Of a stretch of 32,000 bases of DNA, positions 10,101 through 15,860 are shown in pieces. The position numbers were made by a program, and so were the translations under genes. The stretch spans positions 79,156 to 111,155 of the forward strand of contig CAZXEQ010000001.1 of NCBI GenBank assembly GCA_964640155.1, given 5' to 3'. Position 1 is the first letter of the stretch, and every line of letters begins with the position of its first letter. The notes under the pieces were generated by a model. That model made no database searches and was not told the DNA's origin. It worked only from the letters and a program-made list of their open reading frames with translations. The DNA comes from an uncultured bacterium. Lineage in GTDB: Bacteria; Auribacterota; JACPWU01.

Positions 10101-10893
10101 CCTTAGAATCAAATGCATTGGTTTCCTGAAAAAAAGTCAGAAAATCTTTCAAACTCGAGGTTTTAGCTAAAAGATGGGGGTGAGATTTAAAAATAAATTC
10201 TAATTCTTTCACCCATTCTTGCCATTTCGGAGAGTTTGAGTGTAAAGATTTGGAAAACTGATCTATTCTTTTTAAATCACTTGAGTAAGCTTTGTCTTTC
10301 AAACTCTGAAGCCAAGCATCAATCGCTGACACACCTTCTTTTAAACTCTCTGCATATTTTCGACAAAGATGAAACGCTTTAAAATTTTCAGAATAAAGAT
10401 GGGGCTCCTCAACTCCATAAAGAGAAGTTTCGTTTTTAAGTCCCATCACAATCTTAGAAAACTCTGCTCCTGTAAGAAGCCCTTGCCTAAGAAATTTTCG
10501 TGCTACTTGCGTCCTCGCGTCTTTATCTGGGAAAATTTCATAAAGAAGAGTTTGTACGGGTCCAGATGCCCCCTCCACTAAAACCTGATCAAGTAAATTC
10601 TCACGGGCAAGCTGCTCTAATGTAATTGCAATCCTCTCCTGAGCCTGTGCCTGACAATGAATATCTCTGATAAGGACCCAAAGTACAGGCCCTTTCCCAT
10701 TAAAAACCTTATTGATTTTCATACCTCTCAAAGCAAGAGAATCAGGCGAAATCTCTGCTATTGGAACAATACGAATCTGGGCAGATGGAATTAGATCTGC
10801 TTTCGCATGGGAAAACGACTCAAGATTCAAAGAATCTAGACCGATGAAACACGAGAGGACTATGGCTATTAATTTGACAATGATTTTTCTCAA
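1153..10893 (-). CDS. giant (3,246 aa) multi-pass membrane protein with transglutaminase-like cysteine protease core, coiled coil and large unassigned regions
   Basis: Uninterrupted 9,741-nt ORF in an AT-rich background. TTG start at 10891-10893 (weak GAGA 5 nt upstream) gives a signal/anchor-like N-terminus, MRKIIVKLIAIVLSCFIGL...HAKA|DL. An in-frame transglutaminase-like motif is present (see sub-features). I checked residue numbering against the DNA at four codons. Confidence 0.85.
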   Translation of the reverse strand: MRKIIVKLIAIVLSCFIGLDSLNLESFSHAKADLIPSAQIRIVPIAEISPDSLALRGMKINKVFNGKGPVLWVLIRDIHCQAQAQERIAITLEQLARENLLDQVLVEGASGPVQTLLYEIFPDKDARTQVARKFLRQGLLTGAEFSKIVMGLKNETSLYGVEEPHLYSENFKAFHLCRKYAESLKEGVSAIDAWLQSLKDKAYSSDLKRIDQFSKSLHSNSPKWQEWVKELEFIFKSHPHLLAKTSSLKDFLTFFQETNAFDSKEAQTQLDQLIKDLQTRLSPNAFKEIVKITLEYRLGHIKADEYLAQLKQNYEKENSVQKDLFQKEYPQLQTWLSISQKEKKFDFDVLWNELISFVQGFLYEQARLEKVEDIADFDETWKIFKKLIRLELTRRELETTGLKGFKNTQSRAITMQALSQKYNVQDLNLENSQIIHQFDDCMREALKFYEFALKRDEVMAEKALMVTSRQSRVPSQKTQNSDLLETGDRGPVTVLITGGFHTEGIQKILEKKKISYIACTPEIRGELGFKRYDFVMKTQWDEIHGEEFSKDRLLLRPSSDPIKKMLSPVSAMEREIHEQLELDEGHILKPLLKELIDVLSKADQKTVHQIVNRWFKKHRDILRDLDDKEGRILVEVISKHKNCTLQWDRFNPNMKTAGRLVVAAVARRWGEESGIVKFGRWYFKKTEKEEVKKGFLRRAFHILGRVSQTLLYYLVLPFVVFICLIGAHFTMSAALTLVLLGIASEFFLTPLYRKLPKKVQKMVGFAVDFYIVLNAASLLSIYLGLPFLTLLIAPFVLFNVFVIFKWVGSTLKKTGKTLFVKFKNLRRQRALEIEEEKTLSVPISEDQTEISLNPFESLSALTAQEEQLVSFLASYNLFSPAVIVSPKISRNPLDVWEGKNIFFLKRNQKGQVAQVVRGKSSNLKSTEAVFLRERVVLDDDSEDGQSSSENLLISYKSATKEKISLDEIGVDSIFLKEGARSLTAQNIDYPSEILKILIIRKKLQNLSISANDKTKNDLFKKIQALDQYLQSLRLAYFLIHYQISVAGIESIDIRITNDFPGVVFEFISLGSRHVIKGRSRYHQAERTIQEAYDIAEGKKSSSIYEIYTVPLDLKNFLQFAFPKNVSGEKTFGLSRKDVQGETLEEQTLEFLIALLRTGPQEHGIAFEEKTQSKQVEDSLLTFSLRKLLAKGLKIIDSQKESPLIRVVVNGYDMQRIYENGEVEVVPLILIAQELVEIFPTLNPETQKEAGIFLADVLELRLREKEKGTLRNDRIYRRTEHIQSLLPTSEVTMTQTPRDAPPWRFEGEIIRLKEELQNIFGEARVEDLLLKQKKLEGDLEKIRVDIARKERENVQLHQKYQRLIGIEENAEGLIEGEGSAEELKKNLLEKIRSNSFSIERDALEERRLAEELDQLKEKVGQMNQRKKKIERLESYRSRDVIGELEDLETKIHKVLLDQSQKTLETLKAPPVQTEEKAILEKFEIKESKTTVARPWVSFLTSLKERLIFRILRWGIVLYIVFSSFGLHSETIVHVIRDQAASVAQSSVRLRQTVETVPAQTLFWVPSFVRGFRRLEMMAGVSRRASLFFHNVERGARYLQTLSGMREFRPNTLSEPDSAFENGRLRERGVWLAQLSRGGGFYSLGTYSSVHSNGAVVQEVLDFPDAPLSETRMGEGVTVTMYFQGSEISLFRTSHSRVDPSSIRVNGRTEGFNLVPNSYGDATLRLQGFHLPVGYNIVSYHLDEFQPVPFTPSSEFIAHYTQLPESERNIPPTLRARLDALRMLDDYDLRLTGVEQIMQDRFEYGLDEDAARMFAVPPEHWLDHGFEEESFRRRKKIKAACAVLAMYEMLLLRYVGIPARLVHGAIDVNSSRWIDISELHAICQTMNPRGGRGWVNRDPTTFVRQGDRRLQVFQESVIRQHHERDQAARPDRTAGQSNESSNQAPLYSDSDYPEDLRQIYSLRTLLRRTDIYISQKLEIASRAVGAYENVDRTIDFRLIEDMFQMVNDVALGLLTDIGALGEENERMIHDLFGRVALMAAQKLADGKVVDVGNGDAFRAYLIRESRRWGLNQEIANTAFDQFSQGLTPVQRSTLWIQLEGIEDRWRREDSPQAQYQAQVARARSRGGYGGNYDPTPAIITAEYLNNIYAPLHFGDLSSFTSEELRMMGSFLNFFSRQRYFFQELIRLQAQYPDDWYYVFADPARVPASPHAEQLRQGLGLLIWGSNEVIAQEWHRRNPSFTPDRGYTPDEPRQSIIGFNGSFLNYLQLNGVVTTNDPWVLFMNQHVRPLMGRPRVQVIQQQVNGPLTDIPIQERLLAVMRRDSLEGDLMRLPMRLLADPQKRQRYFDDTRRIFLSMSRRTDSGQGDNLRVQMSRFQSFLFEVNRAPISEEAKVAARSFVVDLVREERRNLRPQNIIEALAFYQNFFYRAGVVDAVESVLIPVLSVMIAEDILAMDPDFRNIDQELRDHGASSELDFLLKVFGLYHQAAIPSDNFYEVGERFLEYLQNHPVRQITLPGIWAARSDDPQTVMREFGEISTGLSNIELFHARRVIASGDLTQIRALFQRYQRRYHPVRLCNIDIPYTPVSYHDSYYRSAAQNLLNLAMGLGGFASQEAVTQILTEAEVSIRRGSLSDNEKAFYISLISQALNLSLDAATRERLERIIQEIFPSLSVNLKLQIFVSASLYGSFHFRNYVFDQVFGDLGEKTPQEIRQILGQENAFRVFSIYLILHWQDFLETRAELLAILMPIALEIIPAQGFDTENYLQALRQMGIGETDIMIALSEMIVSEASFVRGKGDVSELITPEIAFSRMNLQRIYSERAPFDQNSGQQEVLGHRPIERVFTALLQTARQVIEEERTFLDLGQDLPADQIQKVRDRTQRELNVLLEPIRLLFGQCTFPSNSTFQETYEQIEQRVQVANYLALKPYEILRFIQLSSDIITRERLQGVADVARQQRIAHWRAGDFYISSSEYQASEPSHIDVVDHYLIEFWGRYLSPERKTQILTLYREGRLVFSDSLDLEDVQLSGNQVIVRRDFLIALVALRDAISLHPNVRDERGEVLEVRRWTGSLYERVIGLLALPSVPGAVEASSTGDNSIGTRYYNAPDIRLTVSDSGAPRRMILPPALTIVFGLVALRQRQQQQDLATVTLEAEVEKLFREGKLELAIMRIAESLDQMSEEEKPFEEEIFQGWVNRIARELGEREEAVGTQIRRSRKRQIDRGQKSLRELPNVQRKQVIVERSESFNAAA
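1492..1548 (-). other. C-terminal transmembrane helix of giant protein (aa ~3116-3134), followed by a charged tail
   Basis: RRMILPPALTIVFGLVALRQRQQQQ, then an E/R/K-rich helical tail of ~110 aa. Confidence 0.6.
5194..5421 (-). other. transglutaminase-like core (Cys1839 / His1878 / Asp1896)
   Basis: KIKAACAVLAMYEMLLLRYVGIPARLVHGAIDV...ISELHAICQTMNPRGGRGWVNRDPT matches the classic pattern C-x-x-(F/L)A ... GIPAR-V-G ... H-A ... GW...DPT. Codons confirmed on the DNA: Cys 5377-5379, His 5260-5262, Asp 5206-5208. A beta-rich segment precedes it (aa ~1650-1750). Confidence 0.75.
6316..6387 (-). other. internal transmembrane helix (aa ~1503-1526) separating the Lys-rich and Arg-rich halves
   Basis: ERLIFRILRWGIVLYIVFSSFGLHS. 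Basic residues are concentrated on the N-terminal flank. Confidence 0.65.
6424..6996 (-). other. charged coiled-coil segment (aa ~1300-1490)
   Basis: Long E/K/L/Q-rich heptad-like sequence, for example LKEELQNIFGEARVEDLLLKQKKLEGDLEKIRVDIARKERENVQLHQKYQ...LDQLKEKVGQMNQRKKKIERLE. Confidence 0.6.
8470..8781 (-). other. cluster of about four transmembrane helices (aa ~705-808)
   Basis: Hydrophobic runs are LLYYLVLPFVVFICLIGAHF, MSAALTLVLLGIASEFFLTPLY, VGFAVDFYIVLNAASLLSIYLGL and PFLTLLIAPFVLFNVFVIFKWV. K/R-rich stretches flank the cluster on both sides. Confidence 0.7.
9334..10716 (-). other. possible Tiki/TraB/ChaN-superfamily-like domain with a large helical insert (aa ~60-520)
   Basis: Motif-level only. 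VLWVLIRDIHCQAQAQERIAITLEQL...DQVLVEGA (His79, Glu107) and VTVLITGGFHTEGIQKILEKK (His501) resemble the two His-containing motifs plus the acidic residue of that superfamily. The first motif lacks the usual Gly. Confidence 0.25.
10798..10893 (-). other. N-terminal signal peptide or signal anchor of giant protein (aa 1-32)
   Basis: Positive n-region (MRK), hydrophobic core IIVKLIAIVLSCFIGL, and an AKA-D AxA-like site. Confidence 0.6.
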
Positions 10894-10956
10894 TTTTATC
10901 TCACATATAGAGTTAAGACATGCAAAAGAGATAAATAAACAACTGCCTTATGCAGT

Positions 10957-10985
10957 AAGATACCATAGAATCGCTCTTTTGTCAA
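10957..10985 (-). promoter_or_regulatory. candidate sigma70-type promoter of the giant gene
   Basis: On the minus strand, TTGACA (10985-10980), a 17-nt spacer, then TATCTT (10962-10957). This sits ~60 nt upstream of the TTG start. Confidence 0.35.
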
Positions 10986-11050
10986 TAATAGCAATATTTT
11001 TGTATTATACACGAAATAAAGTACTTATGACACAAATATGTCAACTTGTT

Positions 11051-11078
11051 TTGAAAAATAATCTAAATGTGCTATACT
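11051..11078 (+). promoter_or_regulatory. candidate promoter of the 78-aa ORF (extended -10)
   Basis: TTGAAA (11051-11056), a 16-nt spacer ending in TGc, then TATACT (11073-11078). It is followed by RBS GAGGTG (11085-11090) and ATG at 11099. Confidence 0.4.
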
Positions 11079-11098
11079 TAATTTGAGGTGTCTCTTAT

Positions 11099-11335
11099 AT
11101 GACAATACGAGTGAGAGAAGAAAACCATGAAGTAAAGCATGTCTTGATCGAATTATCAGAAGCGGTTAGTACATTTTCCGTCGAGGTCGAACCAGGACTT
11201 ATCTATCATTACGACGAACAGCTGAACCCTACACAAATTGAGGTTAAAGATACAGCTCTAATTGAACCTTTTCTTAAAGGTTTACAGGAAGTTCTTAAAG
11301 ATCCAAACGTCAAAATCATTCGTAAAGCTGCTTAA
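11099..11335 (+). CDS. hypothetical small protein (78 aa), possibly DUF2283-like
   Basis: Good RBS (GAGGTG, 8-nt spacer) and a plausible promoter. The family guess rests only on size and the beta-rich ...GLIYHYDEQLNPTQIEVKD segment. Confidence 0.5.
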   Translation: MTIRVREENHEVKHVLIELSEAVSTFSVEVEPGLIYHYDEQLNPTQIEVKDTALIEPFLKGLQEVLKDPNVKIIRKAA

Positions 11336-11368
11336 CTGAATTGTTATCAGACTCATCCGTCAACTAAG

Positions 11369-11923
11369 TCAGCTTTTAAATGTCAGCAGACATACCGCTT
11401 GAGACATGGCTCCTTCAGCTCGACCAATAAACCCCAAACGTTCAGCACGTGTCGCCTTTATATTGACCTGTTCCAATTTAATTTTTAATACGCGCGCAAT
11501 ATTTTTTTGCATTTGAGGAAGAAAGGAAACAATTTTTGGGGTTTCCATCACCAATGTTGCATCAATATTTTCTACAGAAAAACCTTTGTCCTCTGTTAAG
11601 GACTTTACTCTTTCTAAAAGAATCAAACTAGAAATTCCACGATATTGAGAATCTGTATTGGGAAAATGTATCCCAATATCCCCTAATCCCGCAGCGCCCA
11701 GCAATGCATCCATAATCGCATGAATCAAAACATCTGCATCAGAATTACCCTCTAACCCTTGAGAATGAGGAATTTGAACTCCACCCAAAACCAATGCTCG
11801 TCCTAAAGTAAAAGGATGAATATCTGTACCAAAACCAACACGAAACTTGGGAGCGGATGATTGAACTGCTTTATTCTTTTTTAAAGTTAATTTAGAAACT
11901 GATTTACGTTTTTTTTGTTTCAT
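11369..11923 (-). CDS. ispF: 2-C-methyl-D-erythritol 2,4-cyclodiphosphate synthase
   Basis: FRVGFGTDIHPF...GHSDADV-like (NSDADVLIHAIMDALLGA)...GDIGIHFP motifs. Strong RBS GAGGAG lies 4 nt before the ATG. A 27-aa Lys-rich N-terminal extension is present. Confidence 0.9.
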   Translation of the reverse strand: MKQKKRKSVSKLTLKKNKAVQSSAPKFRVGFGTDIHPFTLGRALVLGGVQIPHSQGLEGNSDADVLIHAIMDALLGAAGLGDIGIHFPNTDSQYRGISSLILLERVKSLTEDKGFSVENIDATLVMETPKIVSFLPQMQKNIARVLKIKLEQVNIKATRAERLGFIGRAEGAMSQAVCLLTFKS

Positions 11924-11946
11924 TTTTCTCCTCGTCAGCTGTCGTA

Positions 11947-12645
11947 TTATAACTCTTTCATCAAAAATTCGGCCTGCTTTAAATCTTCACGCGTTGTAAT
12001 TTTAATATTTCTTTCATTCCCTTCAATCATCTTTACTGGAATTTTCATCCACTCTAACAAACACGCTTCATCAGTTGCTTTTGCTCTATTTTCACCAGCT
12101 TGCTCAAAAGCTTTACGAAGAATATCCTTTTTAAAACCCTGAGGAGTTTGTGCTTCCCACAAACGTTCTCGATCATGTGTTTTTAAAATATATCCTTTTT
12201 CATTCACTTCTTTAAGCGTTGGTTTTATCTTTAATCCTGGAATAACCGCGTCACAAGACTGTAATGACTCTATTACTTTTTGAATCAAGGAAGGTTGAAT
12301 TAAGGGACGTGCCGCATCATGAACTAAAACAATATCATTGTTAGAAGAAATTTTCTCAAAAGCATTCCAAACGGAATCTTCTCGAGTCAAACCTCCTTCA
12401 ACAAAGGTTTTTAATTTTTCAAAGCGAAATTTTCCCATTGTTTCTTGCCAACTTTTGTCCATCATTTCAGACCGGACGGCAACAATAATTTCTTGTACTT
12501 CTTTTACAGCTTCAAAAGCACAGAGAACATAGGCCAACAAAGGCTTTTTGATCAAAGGATAAAATGCCTTTGGAATTTCTTTTGATCCAAACCTTTCCCC
12601 TTTTCCTGCTGCAACAATAATGGCAGAGACATTCATTTTAAACAC
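11947..12645 (-). CDS. ispD: 2-C-methyl-D-erythritol 4-phosphate cytidylyltransferase
   Basis: N-terminal AIIVAAGKGERFG signature and VLVHDAARP motif. It lies directly upstream of ispF. Confidence 0.9.
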   Translation of the reverse strand: MFKMNVSAIIVAAGKGERFGSKEIPKAFYPLIKKPLLAYVLCAFEAVKEVQEIIVAVRSEMMDKSWQETMGKFRFEKLKTFVEGGLTREDSVWNAFEKISSNNDIVLVHDAARPLIQPSLIQKVIESLQSCDAVIPGLKIKPTLKEVNEKGYILKTHDRERLWEAQTPQGFKKDILRKAFEQAGENRAKATDEACLLEWMKIPVKMIEGNERNIKITTREDLKQAEFLMKEL

Positions 12646-12653
12646 TACTCACG

Positions 12654-14018
12654 TTATGATTTTAATAACTTCTTTAAAGCTTCCTCTACTGTTTTGACTC
12701 CTACTAATTCTATTCCATCCGAAGAAAGTTTCGTCTCACTACCCGAAGGAATCACACAGCGTTTAAAACCCAAATTCTTTGCTTCACTCACACGCCTGGC
12801 CAATCCCTGAACACGACGTATCTCTCCGCCCAAACCAATCTCGCCCATCAAAATCGTATCGTTAGGAACTTCTATTCCTGAAGCCGACGACGCAATTGCA
12901 ACCGCAACCCCTAAATCTGCTGCAGGCTCAATAATTTTCATTCCACCTGCGACATTCACAAAAATATCACAGCCCTCTAAATGAACATGCGCTCTTTTTT
13001 CCAAAACAGCAATCAATAAACCTAATCGATTTAAATCCAACCCAGAAGTTCTTCGACTTGGAAAACTCAAACGAGAACTAGCCACCAACGCTTGAATCTC
13101 AAGAAAAATAGGGCGTGTTCCTTCAAGTGAACTTACCACCACAGAGCCACTCATCCCTTCACATCTTTCTTCCAAAAACATTTCTGATGGATTTCGAACT
13201 TCTACCAATCCATTTTCTTCCATACGAAAAATTCCAACTTCATCCACAGGCCCAAAACGATTTTTAACTGCTCTCAATATCCTATAAGACAAAGACTTTT
13301 CTCCCTCAAAATAAAGAACAGTATCCACCAAATGCTCTAGAATTCTAGGTCCCGCGATAGATCCTTCCTTGGTAACATGTCCTACAATAAAAATGGGAAT
13401 TGAAACCTTTTTTGCAATTCCCATCAATCGAACAGCACATCCTCGTACCTGAACAAGACTTCCGGGAGAGGATTCTAGCTCGGGGTGAAAAATCATTTGA
13501 ATAGAATCTACAATGATCAATTGAGGAGAAGATTCTGTAATCACAGATTCAATGCGTGCTAAATCAGCCTCTGCATATAAGAATAAATTTTTAGCCTCAA
13601 TTCCAAGACGTTTTGCACGATTGCTCAACTGAGAAAGAGATTCTTCTGCGGATACATATAAAACTTTATGCCCTCGTTTAGCAAAAGAAGCTACCATTTG
13701 GAGAAGTAAGGTAGACTTTCCTATACCAGGCTCTCCTCCCACTAAGATAAAAGAACCAGGAACAATACCTCCACCTAAAACCCGATCCAGCTCCTGAAGA
13801 CCTGCAGAACTACGTTTTGTGTCTTCCAAAGGAATATCTGAAAGTAAAACAGGTTTGGAAGGTTCTGCTGAAGAAATGCCTTTTAAACTAAACGATTCTG
13901 GGGTCGAAAATTCTTCTTTAATGGTATCCCACTCTTGACATGTAGAACAGCGACCGGCCCATTGACGAAACATGGCTCCACAAGATTGACAGCTGTATTG
14001 CGTAGCAATTTTAGACAT
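12654..14018 (-). CDS. radA: DNA repair protein RadA/Sms
   Basis: N-terminal zinc finger (CQSCGAMFRQWAGRCSTCQEW), Walker A (GGEPGIGKST), the KNRFG motif and a Lon-like C-terminal domain. Confidence 0.95.
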   Translation of the reverse strand: MSKIATQYSCQSCGAMFRQWAGRCSTCQEWDTIKEEFSTPESFSLKGISSAEPSKPVLLSDIPLEDTKRSSAGLQELDRVLGGGIVPGSFILVGGEPGIGKSTLLLQMVASFAKRGHKVLYVSAEESLSQLSNRAKRLGIEAKNLFLYAEADLARIESVITESSPQLIIVDSIQMIFHPELESSPGSLVQVRGCAVRLMGIAKKVSIPIFIVGHVTKEGSIAGPRILEHLVDTVLYFEGEKSLSYRILRAVKNRFGPVDEVGIFRMEENGLVEVRNPSEMFLEERCEGMSGSVVVSSLEGTRPIFLEIQALVASSRLSFPSRRTSGLDLNRLGLLIAVLEKRAHVHLEGCDIFVNVAGGMKIIEPAADLGVAVAIASSASGIEVPNDTILMGEIGLGGEIRRVQGLARRVSEAKNLGFKRCVIPSGSETKLSSDGIELVGVKTVEEALKKLLKS

Positions 14019-14086
14019 AAGAACTTTAGAGTTAAGAGTTATGGGCTAAAAGTTAAAAACCCAAAAACTCAATGCATTTATTTTTT

Positions 14087-14115
14087 CTAGCCCCCACCGC
14101 TTAGCCCCTAGCCCT
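14087..14115 (-). repeat. G-run motif AGGGCTAGGGGCTAAGCGGTGGGGGCTAG, 5 nt after the mlaD stop (related copy at 21761-21776)
   Basis: Read on the minus strand. A related AGGGGTTAGGGGCTAG lies 3 nt after the mcsB stop. Both are G-runs on the transcribed strand in an AT-rich genome. Confidence 0.3.
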
Positions 14116-14120
14116 ATTTT

Positions 14121-15002
14121 TCATCTCTTTCCAAAAGTAAAATTTCTGGTTTGTCGAGATTCTTCTTTTTTGGGGGGAGCCTTATCAGAAGTTTTCTCTT
14201 TATACAAAAGTCCATTTTTCCTAACCCCACTGATCCAAGCATTCATATTTTCTAAAGTCTTGTGCAAAGATTCATGAAGTGCAGGATTTGAAATGAGTAA
14301 TCCCAAAGTTCCTTTTGATTCCTTTAAATTATTTGAAACCTCTTCAAGGGAATGTGAAATATTATTGGCATGCATTAAAAAGGTCTTAATATTTTCACGG
14401 TTTTCTCCAGTGATAAGAGAAATTTGATTGAGCGAGTCTTTGAGACTTTTTTGCACTTCTTCATCTGTCAAATTCCTTAAATTTTGAATGGTAGCGCGAA
14501 TATTTTCTTTTGTTTTCTCATCAAAAACTTCTTCGAATATCTTTCGAAAATGTTCCACCGTTCTTAAAGCCTCTGCGATCACATCATTCAACGGAAGAGG
14601 CTCTTCACCATCTACTTGTTCACCTGATGCATAGGGTTCAGCCGTTACCGTTTTAGGAATAAATTCCAAATATTTCTCCCCCATCACACCTAAAGAATTC
14701 ACAATCAGTCGTGCATCTTTACGGATAACAATCCCTTTACGAATGGATAATTTTAAATAAACATCATTAGACTGGCGATCAGCAAACTCTATTTTTTCCA
14801 CCTTTCCCACATCCACTCCTGCAAAACGGACCGGAGCTCCTAAAACCACACCATTGGTAAACTGAAAAACTGCGGTAAGAGAATAGGTGTTTTTAATAAA
14901 GCGCATGTTACGAAAGCCAAAAAGAACGATCATCAAGCATAAAGCTGTAAGTCCGATAAAAACAAAAATGCCTACACGAACTTCAATGCGTGAACGATCC
15001 AT
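14121..15002 (-). CDS. mlaD: MCE-domain protein, MlaD-like, with long C-terminal helical extension
   Basis: N-terminal TM (VGIFVFIGLTALCLMIVLFGF) and an MCE domain (GAPVRFAGVDVGKVEKIEF...). About 150 extra helical residues follow. It sits downstream of mlaE and mlaF. Confidence 0.8.
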   Translation of the reverse strand: MDRSRIEVRVGIFVFIGLTALCLMIVLFGFRNMRFIKNTYSLTAVFQFTNGVVLGAPVRFAGVDVGKVEKIEFADRQSNDVYLKLSIRKGIVIRKDARLIVNSLGVMGEKYLEFIPKTVTAEPYASGEQVDGEEPLPLNDVIAEALRTVEHFRKIFEEVFDEKTKENIRATIQNLRNLTDEEVQKSLKDSLNQISLITGENRENIKTFLMHANNISHSLEEVSNNLKESKGTLGLLISNPALHESLHKTLENMNAWISGVRKNGLLYKEKTSDKAPPKKEESRQTRNFTFGKR

Positions 15003-15031
15003 AAGTTCCCTTTCAAAATAGGATTCGAGCT

Positions 15032-15808
15032 TTATCCAACGATTGAAGAACCTTCATGGATTAAAGGTAGAACACTCCCACTCATAAACTGTTGAACAAT
15101 TGTATTCTTTGAAGAACGAAATTGTGATGATGTTCCTATTTCGATGATCTTGCCATCATATAACATTGCAATACGGTCAGCAATCTTAAACGCGCTTGCC
15201 ATGTCGTGAGTTACAACAATAGAAGTGGCATGTAAGCGATTTTTTAATTTTATAATGAGCTGATTAATCACATCTGCCATAATCGGATCAATACCTGTAG
15301 TAGGTTCATCATAAAAAATAATCTCTGGATCCATGGCAATTGCTCTTGCAAGGCCCACTCTTTTCCTCATGCCTCCCGAAAGCTCTGCAGGTTTCATTTC
15401 TTCAATCCCCTCTAAACCAATCAAAGCAAGAAGTTCTCGAACCTTTTGATCTATTTCATTCTTTTTAAGCTGCCGATGCATATTCAAACCAAAAGCAATA
15501 TTTTCATCGATGGTCAAAGAATCAAAAAGAGCGGCACCCTGAAAAAGAACACCAAAACGTTTTCTAAAATCATTAAGTTCGCTTTCTCCTAAAGGAACAA
15601 TATCCTTACCATCAATATAAATATGCCCTGAATCTGGTTTTGTAAGTCCAATAATATGTCTTAATAATACACTTTTTCCTTCGCCACTTTGCCCCATAAT
15701 TACCAAAGTCTCCCCTCGATAAATATCCAGATCCAATTGCCTCAAAACCTGAATATTCCGAAAACTTTTTGACAAACCCTGAATATGAATTAAGACATCG
15801 TTAGACAC
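15032..15808 (-). CDS. mlaF: ABC transporter ATP-binding protein, MlaF-like
   Basis: Walker A GQSGEGKS, signature LSGGMRKR, Walker B IIFYDEPT. GTG start with RBS AAGGAG 6 nt upstream. Confidence 0.85.
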   Translation of the reverse strand: MSNDVLIHIQGLSKSFRNIQVLRQLDLDIYRGETLVIMGQSGEGKSVLLRHIIGLTKPDSGHIYIDGKDIVPLGESELNDFRKRFGVLFQGAALFDSLTIDENIAFGLNMHRQLKKNEIDQKVRELLALIGLEGIEEMKPAELSGGMRKRVGLARAIAMDPEIIFYDEPTTGIDPIMADVINQLIIKLKNRLHATSIVVTHDMASAFKIADRIAMLYDGKIIEIGTSSQFRSSKNTIVQQFMSGSVLPLIHEGSSIVG

Positions 15809-15860
15809 ACGAAACTCCTTAAATTGTCAGGAACCCTACCTATTTCACACACAATCAAAA

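Noticed and set aside
1782-10581. Small ORFs (60-96 aa) embedded in the giant gene: 1782-1997, 2356-2598, 2670-2861, 2707-2889, 3147-3437, 7377-7589, 8864-9070, 9262-9504 and 10369-10581. All are antisense except 2670-2861, which is same-strand but out of frame. Similar embedded ORFs occur in ispD, mlaE, the AsmA-like gene, clpC, mcsA/ilvE, lolC, lysS and TolC-like.
   Set aside because: All are fully nested in long, well-supported genes. They lack RBS motifs and have compositions typical of antisense or out-of-frame reading of AT-rich coding DNA.
10712-11086. 124-aa plus-strand ORF
   Set aside because: It is antisense to the 5' end of the giant gene and runs through its promoter region. It has no RBS and low-complexity, non-protein-like sequence.
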